A stretch of DNA of 64,000 nucleotides from Octopus sinensis (lineage: Eukaryota), in NCBI RefSeq assembly GCF_006345805.1, contig NW_021834226.1:7371-71370 (forward strand), in the 5' to 3' direction. Each line of letters starts with the position of its first letter. Positions within the stretch are counted from its first letter, which is position 1. Positions 40,146 through 53,473 of this stretch are shown piece after piece. The notes beneath the pieces were generated by a model, which did no database searches, was not told where the DNA came from, and worked only from the letters and a program-made list of their open reading frames with translations. A program made the position numbers and the translations under genes.

Positions 40146-40436
40146 CATATATATTATTTAAATTTTATTTGTTAGGGAATAAAAATTCCGGCATAACAGA
40201 GGTTCAAATTATTTTCAATGAAGAATTAAAATTAAATTAATATATATATATATATGAGTGTGTGTCTGCATATATACTAACACCACGCACGACAACCGAT
40301 GTTCGTTTGTTACGTGCATTTTGCATCAAAAGGTAATATGAGTTTCTCTCATGGCATCTACCGCAGTAAAGTTTGTTCTATCAGAACTCTCACGTGGAAT
40401 AAATATTACCAAGTGGTTATAAATATTACTTCTCAA

Positions 40437-40849
40437 CAAGGCGGCGAGCTGGCAGAAACGTTAGCACACCGGGCGAAATGCGTAGCAGTATTTCGTCTGT
40501 CGTTACGTTGTGAGTTCAAATTGTGAGGTCGACTTTACCTTTCATCATTTCGGGGTCGATAAATTAAGTACCAGTTACGCACTGGGGTCGATGTAATCGA
40601 CTTAATCCGTTTGTCTATCCTTGTTTGTCCCCTCTGTGTTTAGCCCCTTGTGGGTAATAAAGAAATAGGTATTTGGTCTGCCGCTACGTTCTGAGTTCAA
40701 ATTCCGCCGAGGTCGACTTTGCCTTCCATCCTTTCGGGGTCGATTAAATAAGTACCAGTTACGCACTGGGGTCGATGTAATCGACTTAATCTGTTTGTCT
40801 GTCCTTGTCTGTCCCTTCTGTGTTTAGCCCCTTGTGGGTAGTAAAGAAA
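40437..40849 (+). mobile_element. SINE-B dimer with a single 17-bp TSD
   Basis: TAAATATTACTTCTCAA at 40420-40436 and 40850-40866; junction near 40668. Confidence 0.9.
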
Positions 40850-41178
40850 TAAATATTACTTCTCAATATGAATTCAGAACGTAAAGATCGAGGAAACATG
40901 CCGCTCAGGATTCTTTTGTCCGATGCACTAACACATCTGTCAGCCACCACCTTTAATAATTCTTTGTAATTCTGGCACAAGGCCAACAATTCTGTGGGGG
41001 AATGGAGCAGACTGGTTACATCGCCCTCAGTACTTGACTGCTATTTATTTTATAGATTCTGAAAGGACGAAAGATAAAGTCCATCTCGGTATCACATGAA
41101 CTCAGAACGTAAAGATAATAAGTTAAAATGTCTTGTGAATAAAGTTTCCTATCATCTGTACCACTTACAAAGACATAG

Positions 41179-41916
41179 GGGGAGGCACATGGACTAGTGG
41201 TTAGAGCAGCGGACTCGCGGTCGAGGGATCGCGGGTTCGAATCTCAGATCGAGCTATGTGTGTGTTTATGAGCGAAACACCTAAGCTCCAAGCGGATCCG
41301 GCAGAAGGTAATGGCGAACTTCTGCTGACTCTTTCGCCACAACGTTCTCTCATTCTTTCCTCCTGCATCTTGCAGTTCACCTGCGACGGACCGGCGTCCT
41401 GTCCAGGTGGGGAACCAATACGTCAAGGAAACCGGGAAACTGGCCCTTATGAGCCAGGCGTGGCTCGAGAAGGAACACACTTACTAAGACATAAACCACG
41501 TTAACTTAAGTACACAGAAAACTTCAAATAATTCCTGTTAACTTCTGACTATAACACAGTTATACAGAAATGTGGACAGCCTCTATATACTGTTGTGTAG
41601 ATTGCATCTTGTGTTATATATATTACTAACAATGACACCTAAAAGCTCCACGAGGCTGCGGCAGGGGATGGTGGTGATCCCTGCTGTACTCTTTCACCAC
41701 AACTTTCTCTCACTCTTACTTCCTGTTTCTGTTGTACCTGTATTTCAAAGGGCCGGCCTTGTCACTCTCTGTGCCACTCTGAATATCCCCGAGAACTACG
41801 TTAAGGGTACACGTGTCTGTGGAGTGCTCAGCCACTTACACGTTAATTTCACGAGCAGGCTGTTCCGTTGATTCGGATCAATCTGAACCCTCGTCGTCGT
41901 AACCGACGGAGTGCTT
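41179..41916 (+). mobile_element. SINE-C-related copy with a different tail (41179-41478) and a 5'-truncated SINE-C (41635-41916)
   Basis: The first shares the head up to ACACCTAAGCTCC and then diverges; the second matches the SINE-C body. Confidence 0.8.
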
Positions 41917-42331
41917 AAAAAAAAAAAAAAAACTAACAATGGTATGCTGTAAGCTAGCGGTTAAGGTTAACTAGGTTTGTCTGTTCATATAATATGGATC
42001 TCTTGTTTTATTTTGCCCGATTCAATCAATTTTAATGATGACCAAAAGCTTGTAATTATATTAAATTTAAAAGACTAATTCACTTTATTTTCGCAATGAT
42101 CAGAGTCAGAACGAATTAGTGTAAGTCAAAAGCCACTCTAACATGTATGTATGTATGTGTAATGACGAGCGAATTAGGCAAGTCGATTTACACAAAATAT
42201 CAAATACATTTATTAGAAAAAAATATACATGTGCATGGATATAAAATTGTCCGACTTACAGAATATAAATGATATCAGGAGTTACATTTACTCATCTACC
42301 GGCTCGCTGATCGTGCTAGAAATAGTAACCA

Positions 42332-42475
42332 TGAGGTCGACTTTGCCTTTCATCCTTTCGGGGTCGATAAATTAAGTACCAGTTACGCACTGGGGTCGAT
42401 GTAATCGACTTAATACCTATGTCTGTCCTTGTTTGTCCTCTCTATGTGTAGCCCCTTGTGGGCAGTAAAGAAATA
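42332..42475 (+). mobile_element. 5'-truncated SINE-B with 14-bp TSD
   Basis: AGAAATAGTAACCA at 42318-42331 and 42476-42489. Confidence 0.88.
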
Positions 42476-42629
42476 AGAAATAGTAACCAGGACATATCTA
42501 ATCCCATACTACCGTATTAAATGTATAAAGACAGACTGGATAATTAATCCCATTAGTTCAAATGTACGGTGTGATGGTCGTTAAGGCTGGAACGCCTCCT
42601 ATCCTAGGCTATATAGGGTTAATAGTAGT

Positions 42630-42870
42630 AAAGTTCCTTCTTGAGTCATATAGACTGATAGGGCCGGTTTAACCAGTTTCCATGGCGTATATATTAACCC
42701 CCTGGATGGGACGCCAGCCCATCGCAGCGTTACTCACTTTTGCCAGCTGAGTGGACTGGAGCAATGTGAAATGAAGTGTTTTGCTCAAGAACACAACGCA
42801 TCACCCGATCCAGGAAGCGAAACCACAATCTTACAATCACGATCCAGCACCGTAATATAGGGTTAAGCAA
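42630..42870 (-). mobile_element. SINE-D; older copy at about 27690-27940
   Basis: Both share GGAGCAA.GTGA.ATGAAGTG.TTTGCTCAAG.ACACAAC; the tRNA-like head faces right. Confidence 0.6.
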
Positions 42871-42899
42871 TTACATTTTTACTTGGTGGTTCTGGAGAA

Positions 42900-43130
42900 A
42901 GAGGTCGTAGCTATGACATTTGCATGTGGTCCCAGGCAGGTGAGATAAATGCCATTAATGTTCCTCTTGATCTTCTGTAAGTCAACGCCTGGGAGGAAGC
43001 TATTAGCAAGGAAGGAATTCTAGAGAGAGAGTGTGCTGAGAAGAAAGGAACGGGCGTAGTGATTAGGGTAGAGCTTGGGGTGGTAATGGACACATCAAGT
43101 GTGAAGAGTGGAGAGATAAATCGGGTGGCA
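42900..43130 (-). mobile_element. CR1/Jockey-like LINE 3' end
   Basis: Minus translation NHYARSFLLSTLSL*NSFLANSFLPGVDLQKIKRNINGI (compare SFF...WNSLP...DLQKFKRNIN). Confidence 0.6.
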
Positions 43131-43476
43131 ATACACCACTGAGATTAATTACTTAGAAATATGAATCGATAGTGTTAGGGTTGGTGTTAACCTTTCTGAT
43201 ATAATGAAGTTTACCAAACTAATTATAAATAATTATGAGGCAAGGGAAAGAGAACATTAGCTCAATGACTAATATTATTTTAATAATTATGTTGTGAGAA
43301 TTAATATAATAGTTTTGCCGATAACGGGACATACAGCTCTGGACATATAGAGTGGTCCAAAAGACATGCACCGAGTAAGTACAATACGCTTCAGAATTGG
43401 CAGAAATACTTGAATTTTGCTAAAATTGAAAAAAAAAAAAAATTATGGATACAAAGGTACTTGTGCATGAACAAAA

Positions 43477-43479
<3 letters not shown>

Positions 43480-43528
<49 letters not shown>

Positions 43529-43603
43529 AAAATAATTATAATAATGATAATAATAATAATGATGATGATGATGATGATAATAAAAAAATAATAATAACAA
43601 AAA

Positions 43604-43654
<51 letters not shown>

Positions 43655-43724
43655 AAAATAATTATAATAATGATAATAATAATAATGATGATGATGATGA
43701 TGATAATAAAAAAATAATAATAAC

Positions 43725-43780
<56 letters not shown>

Positions 43781-43853
43781 AAAATAATTATAATAATGAT
43801 AATAATAATAATGATGATGATGATGATGATAATAAAAAAATAATAATAACAAA

Positions 43854-43907
<54 letters not shown>

Positions 43908-43991
43908 TAAAAAATAATTATAATAATGATAATATATAGATGATGATGATGATGATAATAAAAAATAATAATAACAAAAATAATAATAATA

Positions 43992-44027
<36 letters not shown>

Positions 44028-44112
44028 AAAATAATTATAATAATGATAATAATAATAATGATGATGATGATGATGATAATAAAAAAATAATAATAACAAA
44101 AATAATAATAAA

Positions 44113-44147
<35 letters not shown>

Positions 44148-44222
44148 AAAATAATTATAATAATGATAATAATAATGATGATGATGATGATGATGATAAT
44201 AAAAAAATAATAATAACAAAAA

Positions 44223-44253
<31 letters not shown>

Positions 44254-44258
44254 AATAG
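43480..44258. repeat. Higher-order (AAT/GAT)n compound repeat, about six ~120-bp units
   Basis: The interruption pattern AATACTAAT...AAAAATAATTATAATAATGAT...(GAT)n...AAAAAATAATAATAAC repeats in order. Confidence 0.9.
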
Positions 44259-44580
44259 GAGAGTATTGTAGTTCGCTTGAAGCATTGTATATTGTTTGTA
44301 AAGAATAAAAAGTTTTGAATGGTACAACAATGCACTATAATACCTATTGTAATTTAGTTATTCATAGTCTGATATGATATTTCGGAATTATATTCCTTCT
44401 TCAGATATTCTTAGATGGATTCTTAGAGGAACATAACAGCGACTCCATCTAAGAATATTCGAAGAAGGAATATAATACCGAAATATCATATCAGACTATG
44501 GATGACTAAATTACAACAGGTAAATAGCCCATTGTATATATCATAGTGCATTGTTGTACCATTCAAAACCTTTTATTCTT

Positions 44581-44636
<56 letters not shown>

Positions 44637-45101
44637 TAACAATAATAAAGGTTTCAAATTTTGCCACAAGGGCAGCCATTTTGGGGGTGGGGACAAGTCG
44701 ATTATATCGATCTCAGTGTGTAACTGGCACTTAATTTATCGACCCCAAAAGGATGAAAGGAAAAGTCGACCTCGGCGGAATTTGAACTCAGAACGTAAAG
44801 GCGGACTAAATGCCACTAAGAAATTTGCTCGGCATGCTAACGAATCGCCCAGTTGGTCGCCTTAGCAATAATAATAGTCATTTCTACTATAGGCACAAGG
44901 CCTGAAAATTGTAGGAGGAGGAGGAGGAGGCGGATAGTCAATTACATCGACCCCAGTATATCACTAGTGCTCAATTTATCGAGCCTGAACGGATGAAATG
45001 CGGAATTTGGACTCAGAACGCAGCGACGGGCGAAATACTGCTAAGTATTTTGTCAAGCCTGCCAACGATTCTGCCAGCTCACCGCTTAACTACTACTACT
45101 A

Positions 45102-45165
<64 letters not shown>

Positions 45166-45594
45166 CGATAATATTGTAATATAAATAAAATACCAAATGT
45201 CTTGGTGTGTGACTTTTGACCCATCCTGTACTTCATATATCGATCCAGTACTTCAAAGGTACTTGATATTATTCTGTGAATGGGGAAACTTACGTTCAAC
45301 CTTGGCTGTACTAAATTTGAGTTAAAAACTTAACAATCTTAAAATCACTTCTACAAGGCAGCTAATCCAATGATTTAACGATTCTGCAGGCAATCTACTG
45401 AATTTTTGAAATCAATATTTATGAGTAAATATTACTTCAGTTTTGTCTCTGTTTCAACTTGGTATCTTTGTGTTCTTTTTATAATTGTAGGTCATTAATT
45501 CGATATTTTGTGAATAATCGTCTTCCAAGGAATTTAATGTAGACCGAAAGATCTGGAGATATTCATCTTTGTAGATTAAAAAAATATTATATAC

Positions 45595-45806
45595 TCTTTT
45601 ACTTGTTTCAGTCATTTGACTGCGGCCACGCTGGAGCACCGCCTTTAGTCGAGAAAATCGACCCCAAGACTTATTCTTTGTAAGCCTAGTACTTATTCTA
45701 TTGGTTTTTTTTTGCCGAACCGCTAAGTTACGGGGACGTAAACACACCAGCATCGGTTGTCAAGCGTTGGTGGCGGGACAAACACACATATACAAACATA
45801 CACATA

Positions 45807-45862
<56 letters not shown>

Positions 45863-46035
45863 CATATATACGACGGGCTTCTTTCAGTTTCCGTCTACCA
45901 AATCCAATCACAAGGCTTTGGTCGGCCCGAGGCTATAGTAGAAGACGCTTGCCCAAGGTGCCATGCAGTGGGGCTGAACCCGGAACCATGTGGTTGGTAA
46001 GCCAGCTACTTACCACACAGCCACTCCTGCGCCTA
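45595..46035 (-). mobile_element. SINE-A, full length
   Basis: Reverse complement of the consensus. Confidence 0.9.
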
Positions 46036-46220
46036 TGAATAATTTTATAGATTAAATCTGGAAATATACTTCTGTCAGAGAATGTAATGTCGATTAGATT
46101 ATCTGTATTGATGTGTAGCGTCATCTATTCCTAATTAAGTAAACCTTTAATAAAAGCCATTCCAATCACAATCACCTCATCCGCCAGGGAACGTATTTCA
46201 GATGAAATGATTAGTGTGTA

Positions 46221-46431
46221 TGAGGGTGCTGAAAAGTTCCTGGTTTTAAGGGTATCATGTAAGGCCTGCTTAGAGGAGGTCTAACCTTCCGAGTTCTTTT
46301 AGAAAACCTGAAGGTATAGAAAAGCAGCAATAAGTGTGTGAATCCGAGAGGGGAGTATGTTGAATCCAAATCATAATTGATCCTCTTGTATTTTCTTTTA
46401 CCCAAAGCCAGAAACTTTTTAGCACCCCTCG
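46221..46431. mobile_element. Mariner-derived MITE (same family)
   Basis: TGAGGGTGCTGAAAAGTTCCTGG ... CCAGAAACTTTTTAGCACCCCTCG; shares the body AATAAGTGTGTGAATC.GAGAGGGAG with the 14716 copy. Confidence 0.8.
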
Positions 46432-46594
46432 TGTGTGTATCTGTCAGGTGTTGCAGATTAAACTATCTGTAGCTATACATCTGCCATGTAGTGTGGTATA
46501 GTTTAAGCGTTCTGTAAATATACATGTCAGAGAATGTATTATAAATTAAATGATTTACAAATATTTATCTTTCAGAGCATGCATCGTTTAATAT

Positions 46595-46810
46595 TTGATA
46601 GCAGAAAATATCTGAAGACCACGAGGAAGAGCGAACAGCCTTTAACTGCCTATGTAAACCAATCCTTGACCGACAGGGGCAAATATGTAAGTTCTGGTCA
46701 CAATAGTATCGTGAGGATGACTTTTTTCTTTGACGTTTCTCATCCACCTCAGTGTCTCTGGCCTTCTCAAAATTGCTTGCAATGGTATGGATGTAATTCT
46801 GCCACATCTA
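46595..46810 (-). mobile_element. RTE-clade LINE 3' fragment
   Basis: Minus translation YCDQNLHICPCRSRIGLHRQL resembles the terminal CRSRIGLHSH motif. Confidence 0.6.
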
Positions 46811-47120
46811 CCTCTGTGTTCAAATCCCTCCCTCTTTTTGTCAAGCAAATCGACCATAGGACTTACTCTTTGTAAGCCTAGTACTTATTCTATCGGGCCC
46901 CTTTTGCCGAACCGCTAGATTACGGGGATGTAAACACACCAACATCGGTTGTCAAGCAAACTATTTACCACACAACCACTTCTGAAATTACACACACACA
47001 CGCACATACATGCTACATACATACATACATACATACATACATACATACATACATACATACATGCCTGGGGGAGATGGTGTTTCAGCTGGTGCTTGAAACG
47101 CTCCCAGGTGTTTAGTCTCC

Positions 47121-47159
<39 letters not shown>

Positions 47160-48046
47160 CCCTTCTCTCTCTCTTGCCTTGGCTGACCTCGCTGTAGAAT
47201 TCGGCCTTTGGCAATCTGGATTTGTTCGTACGTAAACGTTTACCCATCTAAACTGTCTACACACCAACATGATTTCAATTCTCGAAATGTTGTCCTGTCG
47301 GAAGACTTTGTTATTGGTGATGTGTTCCCTGACAAATGTATATTTACAGTTTTAAACTATAATACAGATAAATATTTAGAGATCATATTATAAACGATGC
47401 ATGCTCTGAAAGATAAATATTTATAAATCATTTCATTTATAATACATTCTCTGTCGTGTATATTTACAGAATGCTTAATCTATACCATGCTACCTGGCAG
47501 ATGTGTAGCTACAGATAACTTAATCAAATATTAATCTCTCAGGGAATAAAGATCAAATTATCTGTACCAATAGATTTGTCAAGGAAATATGGATTAATTT
47601 ATCTGTAGGTATGCATTTGTCAAAGAATGTACCATATATCTAGCGATTTGTAAATATACATCTGTCAGGAACATGATGTAGGTGAATTTATCTGTAGGTA
47701 AGAATTTTTTAGGAATCGCATCGTTGATTATATGATCTCTAGATATTTATTTCTATTATGGATTAAATCTGTAAATATACATTTTCCAGGTAATGTAAAT
47801 CAAGTGTGTTGTAAATATTTATCTGATGAAATGATAATCTGTTACGAGATGCATTGTATATTAAAAGCTCTATAGATATTAATCTGTCATGGGATGCATC
47901 ATTCATTAAATAATCTATAAAGTTAATCTATCAAGGGATGTGTTATAGCTTAAATGTTCTGGAAACATTATTCTGTAAGGAAATGAAGTTTAGACGAACA
48001 GAGTTGTAAATGTTACGCCGTCAGGGGAAGCACTGTAGCTGAAACG

Positions 48047-48430
48047 TGGAGGCGCAATGACCCAGTGGTTAGGGCAGCGGACTCGCGGTCGTAGGATCGC
48101 GGTTTCGATTCACACACCGGGCGTTGTGAGTGTTTATTGAGCGAAAACACCTAAAGCTCCACGAGGCTCCGGCAGGGATGGTGGTGATCCCTGCTGTACT
48201 CTTTCACCACAGCTTTCTCTCACTCTTACTTCCTGTTTCTGTTGTGCCTGTATTTCAAAGGGCCGGCCTTGTCACTCTCTGTGTCACGCTGAATATCCCC
48301 GAGAACTACGTTAAGGGTACACGTGTCTGTGGAGTGCTCAGCCACTTGCACGTTAATTTCACGAGCAGGCCGTTCCGTTGATCGGATGAACCGGAACCCT
48401 CGTCGTCGTAACCGACGGAGTGCTTCCATA
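48047..48430 (+). mobile_element. SINE-C (tRNA head), full length, 13-bp TSD
   Basis: A box TGACCCAGTGG, B box GGTTTCGATTC; TSD TGTAGCTGAAACG at 48034-48046 and 48431-48443. Confidence 0.9.
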
Positions 48431-49067
48431 TGTAGCTGAAACGATTAAATTGTTTCTTAAAAAGCTTGGTAGCAGGACATGGCTATATTGTTCAGAAATT
48501 CGCTTCGAAAGTAAAGGTTTATGGGTTCGCTACTATAACTACTCGGCGTCTTGAGAAAGCGTCATAGAATCCGGTCTGAGTCCAATGCCTTGTGAGTGAA
48601 ATTTGATGGCATGGAAACATACAGAGTAACTCATTATAGGGATCGATCATATTCTCGGATGGGAGATTGAATTTCTCGTTCTGTTTAATATTGCAGTGTG
48701 TTTGCCTCTTTAGCAGAGTAATATTTGTCGCAAGCATTCGAGGGGTCAGATGTCCTCTGTGTGTGTATGTATGTGTGTGCTTAACAATCTACACATTTCA
48801 AGGAGAAATTTTATTGTTAGAGGTATCTATTTAATTTTGGTTTATCATTTATTTCTTGCTTTCACCAGCACATATTCAAAAATTCCAAAATAAAAAAAAA
48901 TTACTAGTATAACAATTGTGAAAGCAAGAAACAAATGATAAACCAAAATTAAATAGATACCTCTAACAATAAAATTTCTCCTTGAAATGTGTAGATTGTT
49001 AAGCACACACATACACCCACACATACACGGAGGACATCTGACCCCTCGAATGCTTGCGACATTCTAT

Positions 49068-49452
49068 GTGGAGGCGTAATGGCCCAGTGGTTAGGGCAGC
49101 GGACTCGCGGTCATAGGATCGCGGTTTCGATTCCCAGACCGGGCGTTGTGAGTGTTTATTGAGCGAAAACACCTAAAGCTCCACGAGGCTCCGGCAGAGG
49201 ATGGTGGTGATTCCTGCTGTACTCTTTCACCCCAACTTTCTCTCACTCTTACTTCTTGTTTCTGTTGTACCTGTATTTCAAGGGGCCGGCCTTGCCACTC
49301 TCTGTATCACGCTGAATATCCCCGAGAACTACGTTAAGGGTGCACGTGTCTGTGGAGTGTTCAGCCACTTACACGTTAATTTCACGAGCAGGCTGTTCCG
49401 TTGATTCGGATCAACCGGAACCCTCATCGTCGTAACCGACGGAGTGCTTCCC
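49068..49452 (+). mobile_element. SINE-C, full length
   Basis: Near-identical to the 48047 copy. Confidence 0.9.
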
Positions 49453-50550
49453 CCAACTAGTAATTTATAATTTTCTTGCATTTTTAAGTATAAGGCGCTT
49501 CTTTGAGCATGAAGACACCTTAAACCATGTTTATCAAAATGTAATCTGGTAAGATGGGCTTCTTTTAGTTTCCGTCTACCAAATCCACTCCCAAGGGTTT
49601 GTCAGCTTGAAGCTATAGTTGAAGACACTTGCCTAAACTGTCATGTAGGAAAAAAAAAGAAGAAATACATTAGATTCTAGAATCCAAAGAAGTTGATCGC
49701 AGTCATTGCGATTGATAATCATCCTCTACACCAAAAAAAACAACAAAAAAAACAACAAGAGAAAAGAAAACCAGTAAATAGAGAATCCCCACCCCCCAAA
49801 ACTAATAAAAAACTTTTAGAATGATAATACATAAAAAAATATATATGTATTTCACAGACGTACCAAATGAGTACTTACATTGTGTGTATCATACTAGCAA
49901 ACCCTTAGATCTTTCGCTTGAAGTAAAATCACAGATAAGAAGAGCAACAAAAAACAACTCTAAAACGGAATATAAATAAATGACATCTAACAGAGTTGAA
50001 TTGGACAGAGAAAGAGAAAATTGTTATAGCCTTCAGCCTTTAAGATCACTATGTAATTACAAGTATTTAAAAGTTACCCTGCAGGAGTTCCTGGTATTAA
50101 GTCAGTTAGTGCATAGAATTATATTCAAAGAAGAATAGTAACATACTAGCATCCATCTAGAACATTCTATAGGAATCGATTAATAGTTTAAGGAAACGAA
50201 AGTCTCTTTCTCAGACATATAGACCTCGTTTGTAGTGGCTAACTGCACCAATAGAATTCAAGGCAAGGAAACAATTTCGTGTCAATAAGCAGTTAAGAAA
50301 CGAAGAATAAAAGCACCTTAACTCATACATACATATGAATACATATAAAGCATGTACACACAGGCACGCACACACACACACACACATACATACACACAAG
50401 TACACAAATGTACACACATGTATGTACTCATAAATACTCTTACACATATATGTTATTAAATAAAGAAAATTTAATTAACCCAACCCTCACAGGAACAAAC
50501 AAACAACTATATATATCCTGACAAACAATTTCTGAAACTTCTAACGCCTC

Positions 50551-50660
<110 letters not shown>

Positions 50661-50720
50661 GTATATGTATATATGTATATATATATATATATCTATATAA
50701 TATATATATATATATTTATA

Positions 50721-50777
<57 letters not shown>

Positions 50778-50801
50778 TATATATATACTGGAAGCCTTAG
50801 A

Positions 50802-50839
<38 letters not shown>

Positions 50840-50859
50840 GTATACGGAAGCCTTAGAAC

Positions 50860-50890
<31 letters not shown>

Positions 50891-51004
50891 GATATATAAT
50901 ATATATATATATATATTATATATATAATATAATATATTTTTTATATAGATATATAATATATATATATATATATATAATATTATATATAATATATTTTTTT
51001 ACTC

Positions 51005-51745
51005 CGTTACTTGTTTCAGTCATTTGGCTGCGGTCATGCTGGAGCACCGCCTTTAGTCAAGCAAATCGACCCTAGGACTTACTCTTTGTAAGTCTAGTAC
51101 TTATTCTATCGGCCCCTTTGGCCGAACCGCTAGATTACGGGGATGTAAACACACCAACGTCGGTTGTCAAGCAAGCTATTTACCACACAGCCACTTCTGA
51201 AATTACACACACATACACACACGCACATACATACATACATACATACATACATACATACATACATACATACATACATACATACATACACATACAGTCACGC
51301 ATATAAATCTATGTTTATATATATAATATATATATATATTATATATATATATACATATACATATACCTTTTACTTGTTTCAATCACTTGACTGCGGCTAT
51401 ACTGGAGCTTCGTCTTTAGTCGAAGAATTCGACCCCAGAACATATTCTTTGTAACCCTCGAACATATCTATCGGTCTTTTTCGGCGAACCGCTAGGTTAC
51501 GGGGACGTAAGCACACCAACATCGGTTGTCAAGCGATAATGAAGGACAAACACAGACACAAATACATACATACATGCATATTATATATATATACGACGGG
51601 CTTCTTTCAGTTTCCGTCTTCCAAATCCACTCACAAGGCTTTGGTCGGTCCGAGGCTATAGTAGAAGACACTTGCCCCAAATGCCACGCTGCGAGATCGA
51701 ACCATGTGTTTCGGAAGCAAGCTACTTACCATACAGCTGCGTCTG
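51005..51745 (-). mobile_element. Two adjacent SINE-A copies (51005-51200 internally deleted; 51365-51745)
   Basis: Reverse complement of the consensus, twice. Confidence 0.85.
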
Positions 51746-51802
<57 letters not shown>

Positions 51803-52113
51803 TCACACAAAATCACACGAATATGTACATATATATACGTATATTTATGTGTGTGTGTGATGATATTTGCTTTATATATCTTATATACTCTATACACACG
51901 TATAAACACATACATTCGTACACATATATATTATATATTTACTAACGCTAGAACAAACTTTTAACACATTTTAGAGACACAACCACCATGAAATAACCCA
52001 AAATTCCCGCTTGACATGCAAAATGATAGCTTGAAGCGATTTCCTTCAGGAAGTTTTAATTATGTATCCAACTAACACAGTATATTTATACTGCATATAT
52101 ACTATAATGTGTA

Positions 52114-52151
<38 letters not shown>

Positions 52152-52187
52152 ACACACACACACACATACACATATATACACGCGCAC

Positions 52188-52229
<42 letters not shown>

Positions 52230-53413
52230 TATTAATAATATAGATGGAATGTTTTCAACTTTTGTATAATTTCTCCATTATATGAATGTATGTGTATGTA
52301 TGTATCTATCTATAATGTACACACACAATACACACACACACACAAGCGCACAATACCAGAATGCTGAAGAAAAAAGTGCATCTGACCTCATACTACAAAA
52401 GTTGCAGAGATATTGGAGGAAATGAAAATCACGACTAACCACTTCCTGATCGGAGATTGCCTCAGCTTGTATTAATGATGTCTATAGGAGGCAATACGTA
52501 CTTCCATGCACAATTATCACCCAAGCTCGCTTAAAACAATGAGGTAAATCAGCATGGTGCATTAGCAAGCTACATACAGTAGTAGAATTTGCCTCAATTC
52601 ACTATCCCACGTTCTTAAATAAGAGAAGAGTTTTGTTAGTTAATGTAGGTCTCCATATTGTTGAAGAGACCGGATTGTCAGAGCTGGTATGTTTTTGGTC
52701 ATTAGCTTGCTGGTTTATGATTTACTTGGGTTTCAATATGAAATACTCTGAAAAAAAGACAGTTTCATCTGGAAGGCACTGTCTGTTTTTACAACTTAGC
52801 ATCTAGCACACTGTAGGTGTATCATGATAACGTATGAATTTTCTCCCCTGTAGTAACAGGGCAGTGGCAGGGGAAACAATTCTACAGAAAAAGATGTGTT
52901 AATATTAAATTGCCGAGGCTTCTGAAAGTGAATAATCTATTTACCGATGAAAGGTATGAACAACAAAATTTTCTAATAGGAATCCGATTGGCGTTAACCT
53001 TCGCAAAAAGTTTGCAGACTCCATTTTCCTCTTACATTGTAGAAATTTTTCCAACAAAGATAATAAAGCTTGTATTTCTAAATGCATTCCTTCTAACAAT
53101 ATCCGCCCCTTCTTAACGTTAACTGTCTTTCGAAAGTACTATTATCTTCTATCAAGGTCCAACGAAAAACACATTAATGTTCTCGGTAATTATACTGGTT
53201 TGCCTGTGTATTGTTTTAAAAGTTTTCTATCAACATAGTCATACACTGGTGTCACTGCTCAATGTCAGTCTTCGGAGATATAGCTCCATCTACTTTCGAG
53301 CGATAAAACGTTCTACAACCCACAAGATATACAAGCGCCTACATAATACATACATACATACATACATACATACGTGTCTATATATATACATACATACATG
53401 CATGTATATATAT

Positions 53414-53473
<60 letters not shown>

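Larger units (their letters stand above)
46040..48045. repeat. Degenerate ~45-bp tandem array with an internal inverted block
   Basis: Unit like CTGTAAATATACATCTGTCAGGGAATG..ATAG.TTAAAT.AT; 47320-47520 is in reverse orientation. Confidence 0.65.

Noticed and set aside
47240-47325. CWCVD thyroglobulin type-1-like motif on the minus strand
   Set aside because: The upstream QC and other cysteines are absent, and the apparent acceptor is part of the 45-bp satellite unit.
48047-48120. tRNA gene at SINE-C heads
   Set aside because: A/B boxes only, no proper acceptor stem, and it continues into the repeat body.
49879-49916. Minus-strand exon with good splice sites
   Set aside because: Stops in all three frames.
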